Source of the DNA: the human T2T-CHM13v2.0 reference genome, Homo sapiens
Direction: 5' to 3' (one strand)
DNA: 64,000 nt
Assembly (NCBI RefSeq): GCF_009914755.1
Contig: NC_060933.1
A program made the position numbers and the translations under genes. How positions within the stretch are numbered: the stretch's first letter is position 1; each line of letters begins with the position of its first letter. Shown here piece by piece: positions 40,458 to 51,900 of the stretch. Below the pieces are notes generated by a model that saw only the letters and a list, made by a program, of their open reading frames with translations, was not told the origin of the DNA and did no database searches.

Positions 40458-41308
40458 AAGCATTCTCAGAAACTTGTTTGTGATGTGTGTATTCAACTAA
40501 CAGAGATGAACCTTTCTTTTTACAGAGCAGTTTTGAAACACTCTTTTTGTGGAATCTGAAAGTGGATATTTGGATAGCTTTGAGGATTTCGTTGGAAACG
40601 GGATTACATATAAAACCTAGAGAGAAGCATTCTCAGGAACTTCTTTGTGATGTTTGCCTTCAAGTCACAGGACTGAACATTCCCTTTCATAGAGCAGGTT
40701 TGAAACACTCTTTCTGTAGTATCTGCAAGCTGACGTTTCAAGCGCTTTCAGGCCTATGGTGAGAAAGGAAATATCTTCAAGTAAAAACTAGACAGAAGCA
40801 TTCTCAGAAACTTATTTGCCATGTGTGTTCTCAACTAACAGAGTTGAACCTTTGTTTTGATACGGCATTTTGGAAACACTCTTTTTGTAGAATCTGCAGG
40901 TGGATATTCGGATAGCTTTGAAGGTTTCGTTGGAAACGGGAATATCTTCATATAAAACCTTGACGGAAGCATTCTCAGAAACTTCTTTGTGCTGTATGTC
41001 CTCAATTAACAGAGTTGAACCTTTGTGTGGATACAGCATTTTGGAAACATTCCTTTAGTAGAATCTGCAAGTTGATATTTAGATAGCTAGGAAGAGTTCC
41101 TTGGAAACGGGAATATCTTCATATAAAATCTAGACGGAAGCATTCTCAGAAAGTGCTTTGTGATGTTTGCATTCAAGTCACAGAGTAGAATCTTCCCTTT
41201 TATAGAGCAGGTTTGAAACACTCTTTCTGCACTACCTGGAAGTGGACATTTGGAGCGCTTTGAGGCCTATGTTGAAAAAGGAAATATCTTCCCATAAAAA
41301 CTAGACAG
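40458..41308 (+). repeat. 851-bp pentamer P (first 3 monomers of tetramer A + last 2 monomers of trimer T), copy 1
   Basis: 40487 to 41338 spacing is 851 bp. Junction TATAAAACCTTGACGGAAGCATTCTCAGAAACTTCTTTGTGCTGTATG at ~40951-40998. Confidence 0.92.
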
Positions 41309-44300
41309 AAGCATTCTCAGAAACTTGTTTGTGATGTGTGTATTCAACTAACAGAGATGAACCTTTCTTTTTACAGAGCAGTTTTGAAACACTCTTTTTG
41401 TGGAATCTGAAAGTGGATATTTGGATAGCTTTGAGGATTTCGTTGGAAACGGGATTACATATAAAATCTAGAGAGAAGCATTCTCAGGAACTTCTTTGTG
41501 ATGTTTGCATTCACGTCACAGAACTGAACATTCCCTTTCATAGAGCATGTTTGAAACACTCTTTCTGTAGTATCTGCAAACGGACATTTCAAACGCTTTC
41601 AGGCCTATGGTGAGAAAGGAAATATCTTCAAATAAAAACTAGACAGAAGCATTCTCAGAAACTTATTTGCGATGTGTGTCCTCAACTATCAGAGTTGAAC
41701 CTTTCTTTTGATACAACATTTTGGAACCACTCTTTTTGTAGAATCTGCAAGTGGATATTTGAATAGCTTTGAAGGTTTCGTTGGAAACGGGAATATCTTC
41801 ATATAAAATCAAGACAGAAGCATTCTCAGAAACTTCTCTGTGATGTTTGCATTCAACTCATAGAGTTGAACACTTCCCTTCATACAGCAGGTTTGAAACA
41901 CTCTTTTTGTAATATTTGGAAGTGGACATTTGCAGCGCTTTGAGGCCTATGATGAAAAAGGAAATATCTTCCCATAAAAACTAGACAGAAGCATTCTCAG
42001 AAACTTGTTTGTGATGTGTGTATTCAACTAACAGAGATGAACCTTTCTTTTTACAGAGCAGTTTTGAAACACTCTTTTTGTGGAATCTGAAAGTGGATAT
42101 TTGGATAGCTTTGCGGATTTCGTTGGAAACGGGATTACATATAAAATCTAGGGAGAAGCATTCTCAGGAACTTCTTTGTGATGTTTGCATTCAAGTCACA
42201 GAACTGAACATTCCCTTTCATAGAGCAGGTTTGAAACACTCTTTCTGTAGTATCTGCAAGCGGACGTTTTAAGCGCTTTCAGGCCTGTGGTGAGAAAGGA
42301 AATATCTTCAAATAAAAACTAGACAGAAGCATTCTCAGAAACTTATTTGCGATGTGTGTCCTCAACTAACAGAGTTGAACCTTTCTTTTGATACAACATT
42401 TTGGAAACACTCTTTTTGTAGAATCTGCAAGTGGATATTTGGATAGCTTTGAAGGTTTCGTTGGAAACGGGAATATCTTCATATGAAATCAAGACAGAAG
42501 CATTCTCAGAAACTTCTCTGTGATGTTTGCATTCAACTCATAGAGTTGAACACTTCCCTTCATACAGCAGGTTTGAAACACTCTTTTTCTAATATTTGGA
42601 AGTGGACATTTGCAGCGCTTTGAGGCCTATGTTGAAAAAGGAAATATCTTCTCCTAAAAACCAGACAGAAGCATTCTCAGAAACTTCCTTGTGATGTGTG
42701 TACTCAAGTAACAGAGTTGAACCTTCCTTTTGACAGAGCAGTTTTGAAGCACTCTTTTTGTAGAATCTGCAAGTGGATATTTTGATACCATTGAGGATTT
42801 CGTTGGACACGGGATATCTTCATATAAAATCTAGACAGAAGCATTCTCAGAAACTTCTTTGTGCTGTATGTCCTCAATTAACAGAGTTGAACCTTTGTGT
42901 GGATACAGCATTTTGGAAACATTCCTTTAGTAGAATCTGCAAGTTGATATTTAGATAGCTAGGAAGAGTTCCTTGGAAACGGGAATATCTTCATATAAAA
43001 TCTAGACGGAAGCATTCTCAGAAAGTGCTTTGTGATGTTTGCATTCAAGTCACAGAGTTGAATGTTCCCTTTTATAGAGCAGGTTTGAAACACTCTTTCT
43101 GCACTACCTGGAAGTGGACATTTGGAGTGCTTTGAGGCCTATGTTGAAAAAGGAAATATCTTCCCATAAAAACTAGACAGAAGCATTCTCAGAAACTTGT
43201 TTGTGATGTGTGTATTCAACTAACAGAGATGAACCTTTCTTTTTACAGAGCAGTTTTGAAACACTCTTTTTGTGGAATCTGAAAGTGGATATTTGGATAG
43301 CTTTGAGGATTTCGTTGGAAACGGGATTACATATAAAACCTAGAGAGAAGCATTCTCAGGAACTTCTTTGTGATGTTTGCATTCAAGTCACAGAACTGAA
43401 CATTCCCTTTCATAGAGCAGGTTTGAAACACTCTTTCTGTAGTATCTGCAAGCTGACGTTTCAAGCGCTTTCAGGCCTATGGTGAGAAAGGAAATATCTT
43501 CAAGTAAAAACTAGACAGAAGCATTCTCAGAAACTTATTTGCGATGTGTGTTCTCAACTAACAGAGTTGAACCTTTGTTTTGATATGGCATTTTGGAAAC
43601 ACTCTTTTTGTAGAATCTGCAGGTGGATATTCGGATAGCTTTGAAGGTTTCGTTGGAAACGGGAATATCTTCATATAAAATCTAGACGGAAGCATTCTCA
43701 GAAACTGCTTTGTGATGTTTTCATTCAAGTCACAGAGTAGAATGTTCCCTGTTATATACCAGGTTTGAGACACTCTTTCTGCACTACCTGGAAGTGGACA
43801 TTTGCAGCGCTTTGAGGCCTATGATGAAAAAGGAAATATCTTCCCATAAAAACTAGACAGAAGCATTCTCAGAAACTTGTTTGTGATGTGTGTATTCAAC
43901 TAACAGAGATGAACCTTTCTTTTTACAGAGCAGTTTTGAAACACTCTTTTTGTGGAATCTGAAAGTGGATATTTGGATAGCTTTGAGGATTTCGTTGGAA
44001 ACGGGATTACATATAAAATCTAGAGAGAAGCATTCTCAGGAACTTCTTTGTGATGTTTGCATTCACGTCACAGAACTGAACATTCCCTTTCATAGAGCAT
44101 GTTTGAAACACTCTTTCTGTAGTATCTGCAAACGGACATTTCAAACGCTTTCAGGCCTATGGTGAGAAAGGAAATATCTTCAAATAAAAACTAGACAGAA
44201 GCATTCTCAGAAACTTATTTGCGATGTGTGTCCTCAACTAACAGAGTTGAACCTTTCTTTTGATACAACATTTTGGAAACACTCTTTTTGTAGAATCTGC

Positions 44301-45052
44301 AAGTGGATATTTGCATAGCTTTGAAGGTTTCGTTGGAAACGGGAATATCTTCATATAAAATCAAGACAGAAGCATTCTCAGAAACTTCTCTGTGATGTTT
44401 GCATTCAACTCATAGAGTTGAACACTTCCCTTCATACAGCAGGTTTGAAACACTCTTTTTGTAATATTTGGAAGTGGACATTTGCAGCGCTTTGAGGCCT
44501 ATGTTGAAAAAGGAAATATCTTCTCCTAAAAACCAGACAGAAGCATTCTCAGAAACTTCCTTGTGATGTGTGTACTCAAGTAACAGAGTTGAACCTTCCT
44601 TTTGACAGAGCAGTTTTGAAGCACTCTTTTTGTAGAATCTGCAAGTGGATATTTTGATACCTTTGAGGATTTCGTTGGACACGGGATATCTTCATATAAA
44701 ATCTAGACAGAAGCATTCTCAGAAACTTCTTTGTGCTGTATGTCCTCAATTAACAGAGTTGAACCTTTGTGTGGATACAGCATTTTGGAAACATTCCTTT
44801 AGTAGAATCTGCAAGTTGATATTTAGATAGCTAGGAAGATTTCCTTGGAAACGGGAATATCTTCATATAAAATCTAGACGGAAGCATTCTCAGAAAGTGC
44901 TTTGTGATGTTTGCATTCAAGTCACAGAGTTGAATATTCCCTTTTATAGAGCAGGTTTGAAACACTCTTTCTGCACTACCTGGAAGTGGACATTTGGAGC
45001 GCTTTGAGGCCTATGTTGAAAAACGAAATATCTTCCCATAAAAACTAGACAG

Positions 45053-45903
45053 AAGCATTCTCAGAAACTTGTTTGTGATGTGTGTATTCAACTAACAGAG
45101 ATGAACCTTTCTTTTTACAGAGCAGTTTTGAAACACTCTTTTTGTGGAATCTGAAAGTGGATATTTGGATAGCTTTGAGGATTTCGTTGGAAACGGGATT
45201 ACATATAAAACCTAGAGAGAAGCATTCTCAGGAACTTCTTTGTGATGTTTGCCTTCAAGTCACAGGACTGAACATTCCCTTTCATAGAGCAGGTTTGAAA
45301 CACTCTTTCTGTAGTATCTGCAAGCTGACGTTTCAAGCGCTTTCAGGCCTATGGTGAGAAAGGAAATATCTTCAAGTAAAAACTAGACAGAAGCATTCTC
45401 AGAAACTTATTTGCCATGTGTGTTCTCAACTAACAGAGTTGAACCTTTGTTTTGATACGGCATTTTGGAAACACTCTTTTTGTAGAATCTGCAGGTGGAT
45501 ATTCGGATAGCTTTGAAGGTTTCGTTGGAAACGGGAATATCTTCATATAAAACCTTGACGGAAGCATTCTCAGAAACTTCTTTGTGCTGTATGTCCTCAA
45601 TTAACAGAGTTGAACCTTTGTGTGGATACAGCATTTTGGAAACATTCCTTTAGTAGAATCTGCAAGTTGATATTTAGATAGCTAGGAAGAGTTCCTTGGA
45701 AACGGGAATATCTTCATATAAAATCTAGACGGAAGCATTCTCAGAAAGTGCTTTGTGATGTTTGCATTCAAGTCACAGAGTAGAATCTTCCCTTTTATAG
45801 AGCAGGTTTGAAACACTCTTTCTGCACTACCTGGAAGTGGACATTTGGAGCGCTTTGAGGCCTATGTTGAAAAAGGAAATATCTTCCCATAAAAACTAGA
45901 CAG
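45053..45903 (+). repeat. 851-bp pentamer P, copy 2
   Basis: 45082 to 45933 spacing; same ACCTTGACGG junction at ~45552. Confidence 0.92.
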
Positions 45904-48900
45904 AAGCATTCTCAGAAACTTGTTTGTGATGTGTGTATTCAACTAACAGAGATGAACCTTTCTTTTTACAGAGCAGTTTTGAAACACTCTTTTTGTGGAA
46001 TCTGAAAGTGGATATTTGGATAGCTTTGAGGATTTCGTTGGAAACGGGATTACATATAAAATCTAGAGAGAAGCATTCTCAGGAACTTCTTTGTGATGTT
46101 TGCATTCACGTCACAGAACTGAACATTCCCTTTCATAGAGCATGTTTGAAACACTCTTTCTGTAGTATCTGCAAACGGACATTTCAAACGCTTTCAGGCC
46201 TATGGTGAGAAAGGAAATATCTTCAAATAAAAACTAGACAGAAGCATTCTCAGAAACTTATTTGCGATGTGTGTCCTCAACTATCAGAGTTGAACCTTTC
46301 TTTTGATACAACATTTTGGAACCACTCTTTTTGTAGAATCTGCAAGTGGATATTTGAATAGCTTTGAAGGTTTCGTTGGAAACGGGAATATCTTCATATA
46401 AAATCAAGACAGAAGCATTCTCAGAAACTTCTCTGTGATGTTTGCATTCAACTCATAGAGTTGAACACTTCCCTTCATACAGCAGGTTTGAAACACTCTT
46501 TTTGTAATATTTGGAAGTGGACATTTGCAGCGCTTTGAGGCCTATGATGAAAAAGGAAATATCTTCCCATAAAAACTAGACAGAAGCATTCTCAGAAACT
46601 TGTTTGTGATGTGTGTATTCAACTAACAGAGATGAACCTTTCTTTTTACAGAGCAGTTTTGAAACACTCTTTTTGTGGAATCTGAAAGTGGATATTTGGA
46701 TAGCTTTGCGGATTTCGTTGGAAACGGGATTACATATAAAATCTAGGGAGAAGCATTCTCAGGAACTTCTTTGTGATGTTTGCATTCAAGTCACAGAACT
46801 GAACATTCCCTTTCATAGAGCAGGTTTGAAACACTCTTTCTGTAGTATCTGCAAGCGGACGTTTTAAGCGCTTTCAGGCCTGTGGTGAGAAAGGAAATAT
46901 CTTCAAATAAAAACTAGACAGAAGCATTCTCAGAAACTTATTTGCGATGTGTGTCCTCAACTAACAGAGTTGAACCTTTCTTTTGATACAACATTTTGGA
47001 AACACTCTTTTTGTAGAATCTGCAAGTGGATATTTGGATAGTTTTGAAGGTTTCGTTGGAAACGGGAATATCTTCATATGAAATCAAGACAGAAGCATTC
47101 TCAGAAACTTCTCTGTGATGTTTGCATTCAACTCATAGAGTTGAACACTTCCCTTCATACAGCAGGTTTGAAACACTCTTTTTCTAATATTTGGAAGTGG
47201 ACATTTGCAGCGCTTTGAGGCCTATGTTGAAAAAGGAAATATCATCTAGTAAAAACCAGACAGAAGCATTCTCAGAAACTTCCTTGTGATGTGTGTACTC
47301 AAGTAACAGAGTTGAACCTTCCTTTTGACAGAGCAGTTTTGAAGCACTCTTTTTGTAGAATCTGCAAGTGGATATTTTGATACCTTTGAGGATTTCGTTG
47401 GACACGGGATATCTTCATATAAAATCTAGACAGAAGCATTCTCAGAAACTTCTTTGTGCTGTATGTCCTCAATTAACAGAGTTGAACCTTTGTGTGGATA
47501 CAGCATTTTGGAAACATTCCTTTAGTAGAATCTGCAAGTTGATATTTAGATAGCTAGGAAGATTTCCTTGGAAACGGGAATATCTTCATATAAAATCTAG
47601 ACGGAAGCATTCTCAGAAAGTGCTTTGTGATGTTTGCATTCAAGTCACAGAGTTGAATATTCCCTTTTATAGAGCAGGTTTGAAACACTCTTTCTGCACT
47701 ACCTGGAAGTGGACATTTGGAGCGCTTTGAGGCCTATGTTGAAAAAGGAAATATCTTCCCATAAAAACTAGACAGAAGCATTCTCAGAAACTTGTTTGTG
47801 ATGTGTGTATTCAACTAACAGAGATGAACCTTTCTTTTTACAGAGCAGTTTTGAAACACTCTTTTTGTGGAATCTGAAAGTGGATATTTGGATAGCTTTG
47901 AGGATTTCGTTGGAAACGGGATTACATATAAAACCTAGAGAGAAGCATTCTCAGGAACTTCTTTGTGATGTTTGCCTTCAAGTCACAGGACTGAACATTC
48001 CCTTTCATAGAGCAGGTTTGAAACACTCCTTCTGTAGTATCTGCAAGCTGACGTTTCAAACGCTTTCAGGCCTATGGTGAGAAAGGAAATATCTTCAAAT
48101 AAAAACTAGACAGAAGCATTCTCAGAAACTTATTTGCGATGTGTGTCCTCAACTAACAGAGTTGAACCTTTCTTTTGATACAACATTTTGGAAACACTCT
48201 TTTTGTAGAATCTGCAAGTGGATATTTGAATAGCTTTGAAGGTTTCGTTGGAAACGGGAATATCTTCATATAAAATCAAGACAGAAGCATTCTCAGAAAC
48301 TTCTCTGTGATGTTTGCATTCAACTCATAGAGTTGAACACTTCCCTTCATACAGCAGGTTTGAAACACTCTTTTTGTAATATTTGGAAGTGGACATTTGC
48401 AGCGCTTTGAGGCCTATGATGAAAAAGGTAATATCTTCCCATAAAAACTAGACAGAAGCATTCTCAGAAACTTGTTTGTGATGTGTGTATTCAACTAACA
48501 GAGATGAACCTTTCTTTTTACAGAGCAGTTTTGAAACACTCTTTTTGTGGAATCTGAAAGTGGATATTTGGATAGCTTTGCGGATTTCGTTGGAAACGGG
48601 ATTACATATAAAACCTAGAGAGAAGCATTCTCAGGAACTTCTTTGCGATGTTTGCATTCAAGTCACAGAACTGAACATTCCCTTTCATAGAGCAGGTTTG
48701 AAACACTCTTTCTGTAGTATCTGCAAGCTGACGTTTCAAGCGCTTTCAGGCCTATGGTGAGAAAGGAAATTTCTGCAAGTAAAAACTAGACAGAAGCATT
48801 CTCAGAAACTTATTTGCGATCTGTGTTCTCAACTAACAGAGTTGAACCTTTGTTTTGATATGGCATTTTGGAAACACTCTTTTTGTAGAATCTGCAGGTG

Positions 48901-51900
48901 GATATTCGGATAGCTTTGAAGGTTTCGTTGGAAACGGGAATATCTTCATATAAAATCTAGACGGAAGCATTCTCAGAAACTGCTTTGTGATGTTTTCATT
49001 CAAGTCACAGAGTAGAATGTTCCCTGTTATATACCAGGTTTGAGACACTCTTTCTGCACTACCTGGAAGTGGACGTTTGGAGCGCTTTGAGGCCTATGTT
49101 GAAAAAGGAAATATCTTCCCATAAAAACTAGACAGAAGCATTCTCAGAAACTTGTTTTTGATGTGTGTATTCAACTAACAGAGATGAACCTTTCTTTTTA
49201 CAGAGCAGTTTTGAAACACTCTTTTTGTGGAATCTGAAAGTGGATATTTGGATAGCTTTGAGGATTTCGTTGCAAACGGGATTACATATAAAATCTAGAG
49301 AGAAGCATTCTCAGGAACTTCTTTGTGATGTTTGCATTCACGTCACAGAACTGAACATTCCCTTTCATAGAGCATGTTTGAAACACTCTTTCTGTAGTAT
49401 CTGCAAACGGACATTTCAAACGCTTTCAGGCCTATGGTGAGAAAGGAAATATCTTCAAATAAAAACTAGACAGAAGCATTCTCAGAAACTTATTTGCGAT
49501 GTGTGTCCTCAACTATCAGAGTTGAACCTTTCTTTTGATACAACATTTTGGAACCACTCTTTTTGTAGAATCTGCAAGTGGATATTTGAATAGCTTTGAA
49601 GGTTTCGTTGGAAACGGGAATATCTTCATATAAAATCAAGACAGAAGCATTCTCAGAAACTTCTCTGTGATGTTTGCATTCAACTCATAGAGTTGAACAC
49701 TTCCCTTCATACAGCAGGTTTGAAACACTCTTTTTGTAATATTTGGAAGTGGACATTTGCAGCGCTTTGAGGCCTATGATGAAAAAGGATATATCTTCCC
49801 ATAAAAACTAGACAGAAGCATTCTCAGAAACTTGTTTGTGATGTGTGTATTCAACTAACAGAGATGAACCTTTCTTTTTACAGAGCAGTTTTGAAACACT
49901 CTTTTTGTGGAATCTGAAAGTGGATATTTGGATAGCTTTGCGGATTTCGTTGGAAACGGGATTACATATAAAATCTAGGGAGAAGCATTCTCAGGAACTT
50001 CTTTGTGATGTTTGCATTCAAGTCACAGAACTGAACATTCCCTTTCATAGAGCAGGTTTGAAACACTCTTTCTGTAGTATCTGCAAGCGGACGTTTTAAG
50101 CGCTTTCAGGCCTGTGGTGAGAAAGGAAATATCTTCAAATAAAAACTAGACAGAAGCATTCTCAGAAACTTATTTGCGATGTGTGTCCTCAACTAACAGA
50201 GTTGAACCTTTCTTTTGATACAACATTTTGGAAACACTCTTTTTGTAGAATCTGCAAGTGAATATTTGGATAGCTTTGAAGGTTTCGTTGGAAACGGGAA
50301 TATCTTCATATGAAATCAAGACAGAAGCATTCTCAGAAACTTCTCTGTGATGTTTGCATTCAACTCATAGAGTTGAACACTTCCCTTCATACAGCAGGTT
50401 TGAAACACTCTTTTTCTAATATTTGGAAGTGGACATTTGCAGCGCTTTGAGGCCTATGTTGAAAAAGGAAATATCTTCTCCTAAAAACCAGACAGAAGCA
50501 TTCTCAGAAACTTCCTTGTGATGTGTGTACTCAAGTAACAGAGTTGAACCTTCCTTTTGACAGAGCAGTTTTGAAGCACTCTTTTTGTAGAATCTGCAAG
50601 TGGATATTTTGATACCTTTGAGGATTTCGTTGGACACGGGATATCTTCATATAAAATCTAGACAGAAGCATTCTCAGAAACTTCTTTGTGCTGTATGTCC
50701 TCAATTAACAGAGTTGAACCTTTGTGTGGATACAGCATTTTGGAAACATTCCTTTAGTAGAATCTGCAAGTTGATATTTAGATAGCTAGGAAGATTTCCT
50801 TGGAAACGGGAATATCTTCATATAAAATCTAGACGGAAGCATTCTCAGAAAGTGCTTTGTGATGTTTGCATTCAAGTCACAGAGTTGAATATTCCCTTTT
50901 ATAGAGCAGGTTTGAAACACTCTTTCTGCACTACCTGGAAGTGGACATTTGGAGCGCTTTGAGGCCTATGTTGAAAAAGGAAATATCTTCCCATAAAAAC
51001 TAGACAGAAGCATTCTCAGAAACTTGTTTGTGATGTGTGTATTCAACTAACAGAGATGAACCTTTCTTTTTACAGAGCAGTTTTGAAACACTCTTTTTGT
51101 GGAATCTGAAAGTGGATATTTGGATAGCTTTGAGGATTTCGTTGGAAACGGGATTACATATAAAACCTAGAGAGAAGCATTCTCAGGAACTTCTTTGTGA
51201 TGTTTGCCTTCAAGTCACAGGACTGAACATTCCCTTTCATAGAGCAGGTTTGAAACACTCCTTCTGTAGTATCTGCAAGCTGACGTTTCAAGCGCTTTCA
51301 GGCCTATGGTGACAAAGGAAATATCTTCAAGTAAAAACTAGACAGAAGCATTCTCAGAAACTTATTTGCCATGTGTGTTCTCAACTAACAGAGTTGAACC
51401 TTTGTTTTGATACGGCATTTTGGAAACACTCTTTTTGTAGAATCTGCAGGTGGATATTCGGATAGCTTTGAAGGTTTCGTTGGAAACGGGAATATTTTCA
51501 TATAAAATCTAGACGGAAGCATTCTCAGAAACTGCTTTGTGATGTTTGCATTCAAGTCGCAGAGTAGAATGTTCCCTGTTATATACCAGGTTTGAGACAC
51601 TCTTTCTGCACTACCTGGAAGTGGACGTTTGGAGCGCTTTGAGGCCTATGTTGAAAAAGGAAATATCTTCCCATAAAAACTAGACAGAAGCATTCTCAGA
51701 AACTTGTTTGTGATGTGTGTATTCAACTAACAGAGATGAACCTTTCTTTTTACAGAGCAGTTTTGAAACACTCTTTTTGTGGAATCTGAAAGTGGATATT
51801 TGGATAGCTTTGAGGATTTCGTTGGAAACGGGATTACATATAAAACCTAGAGAGAAGCATTCTCAGGAACTTCTTTGTGATGTTTGCATTCAAGTCACAG

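Larger units (their letters stand above)
38250..47240 (+). repeat. Tandem duplication with 4,595-bp period (27 monomers = 11-mer + 16-mer); boundaries approximate
   Basis: GAGTTCC at 38371/42966 and 41094/45689; AAAACGAAAT at 40429/45024; TTTGCATAG, the pentamer junction and GTAGAATCTTCCC all recur at +4595. Confidence 0.9.

Noticed and set aside
49265-49281. Variant box TTTCGTTGCAAACGGGA as a third sporadic CENP-B knockout
   Set aside because: The G>C at 49273 is at a non-core position; TTCG, A and CGGG are retained.
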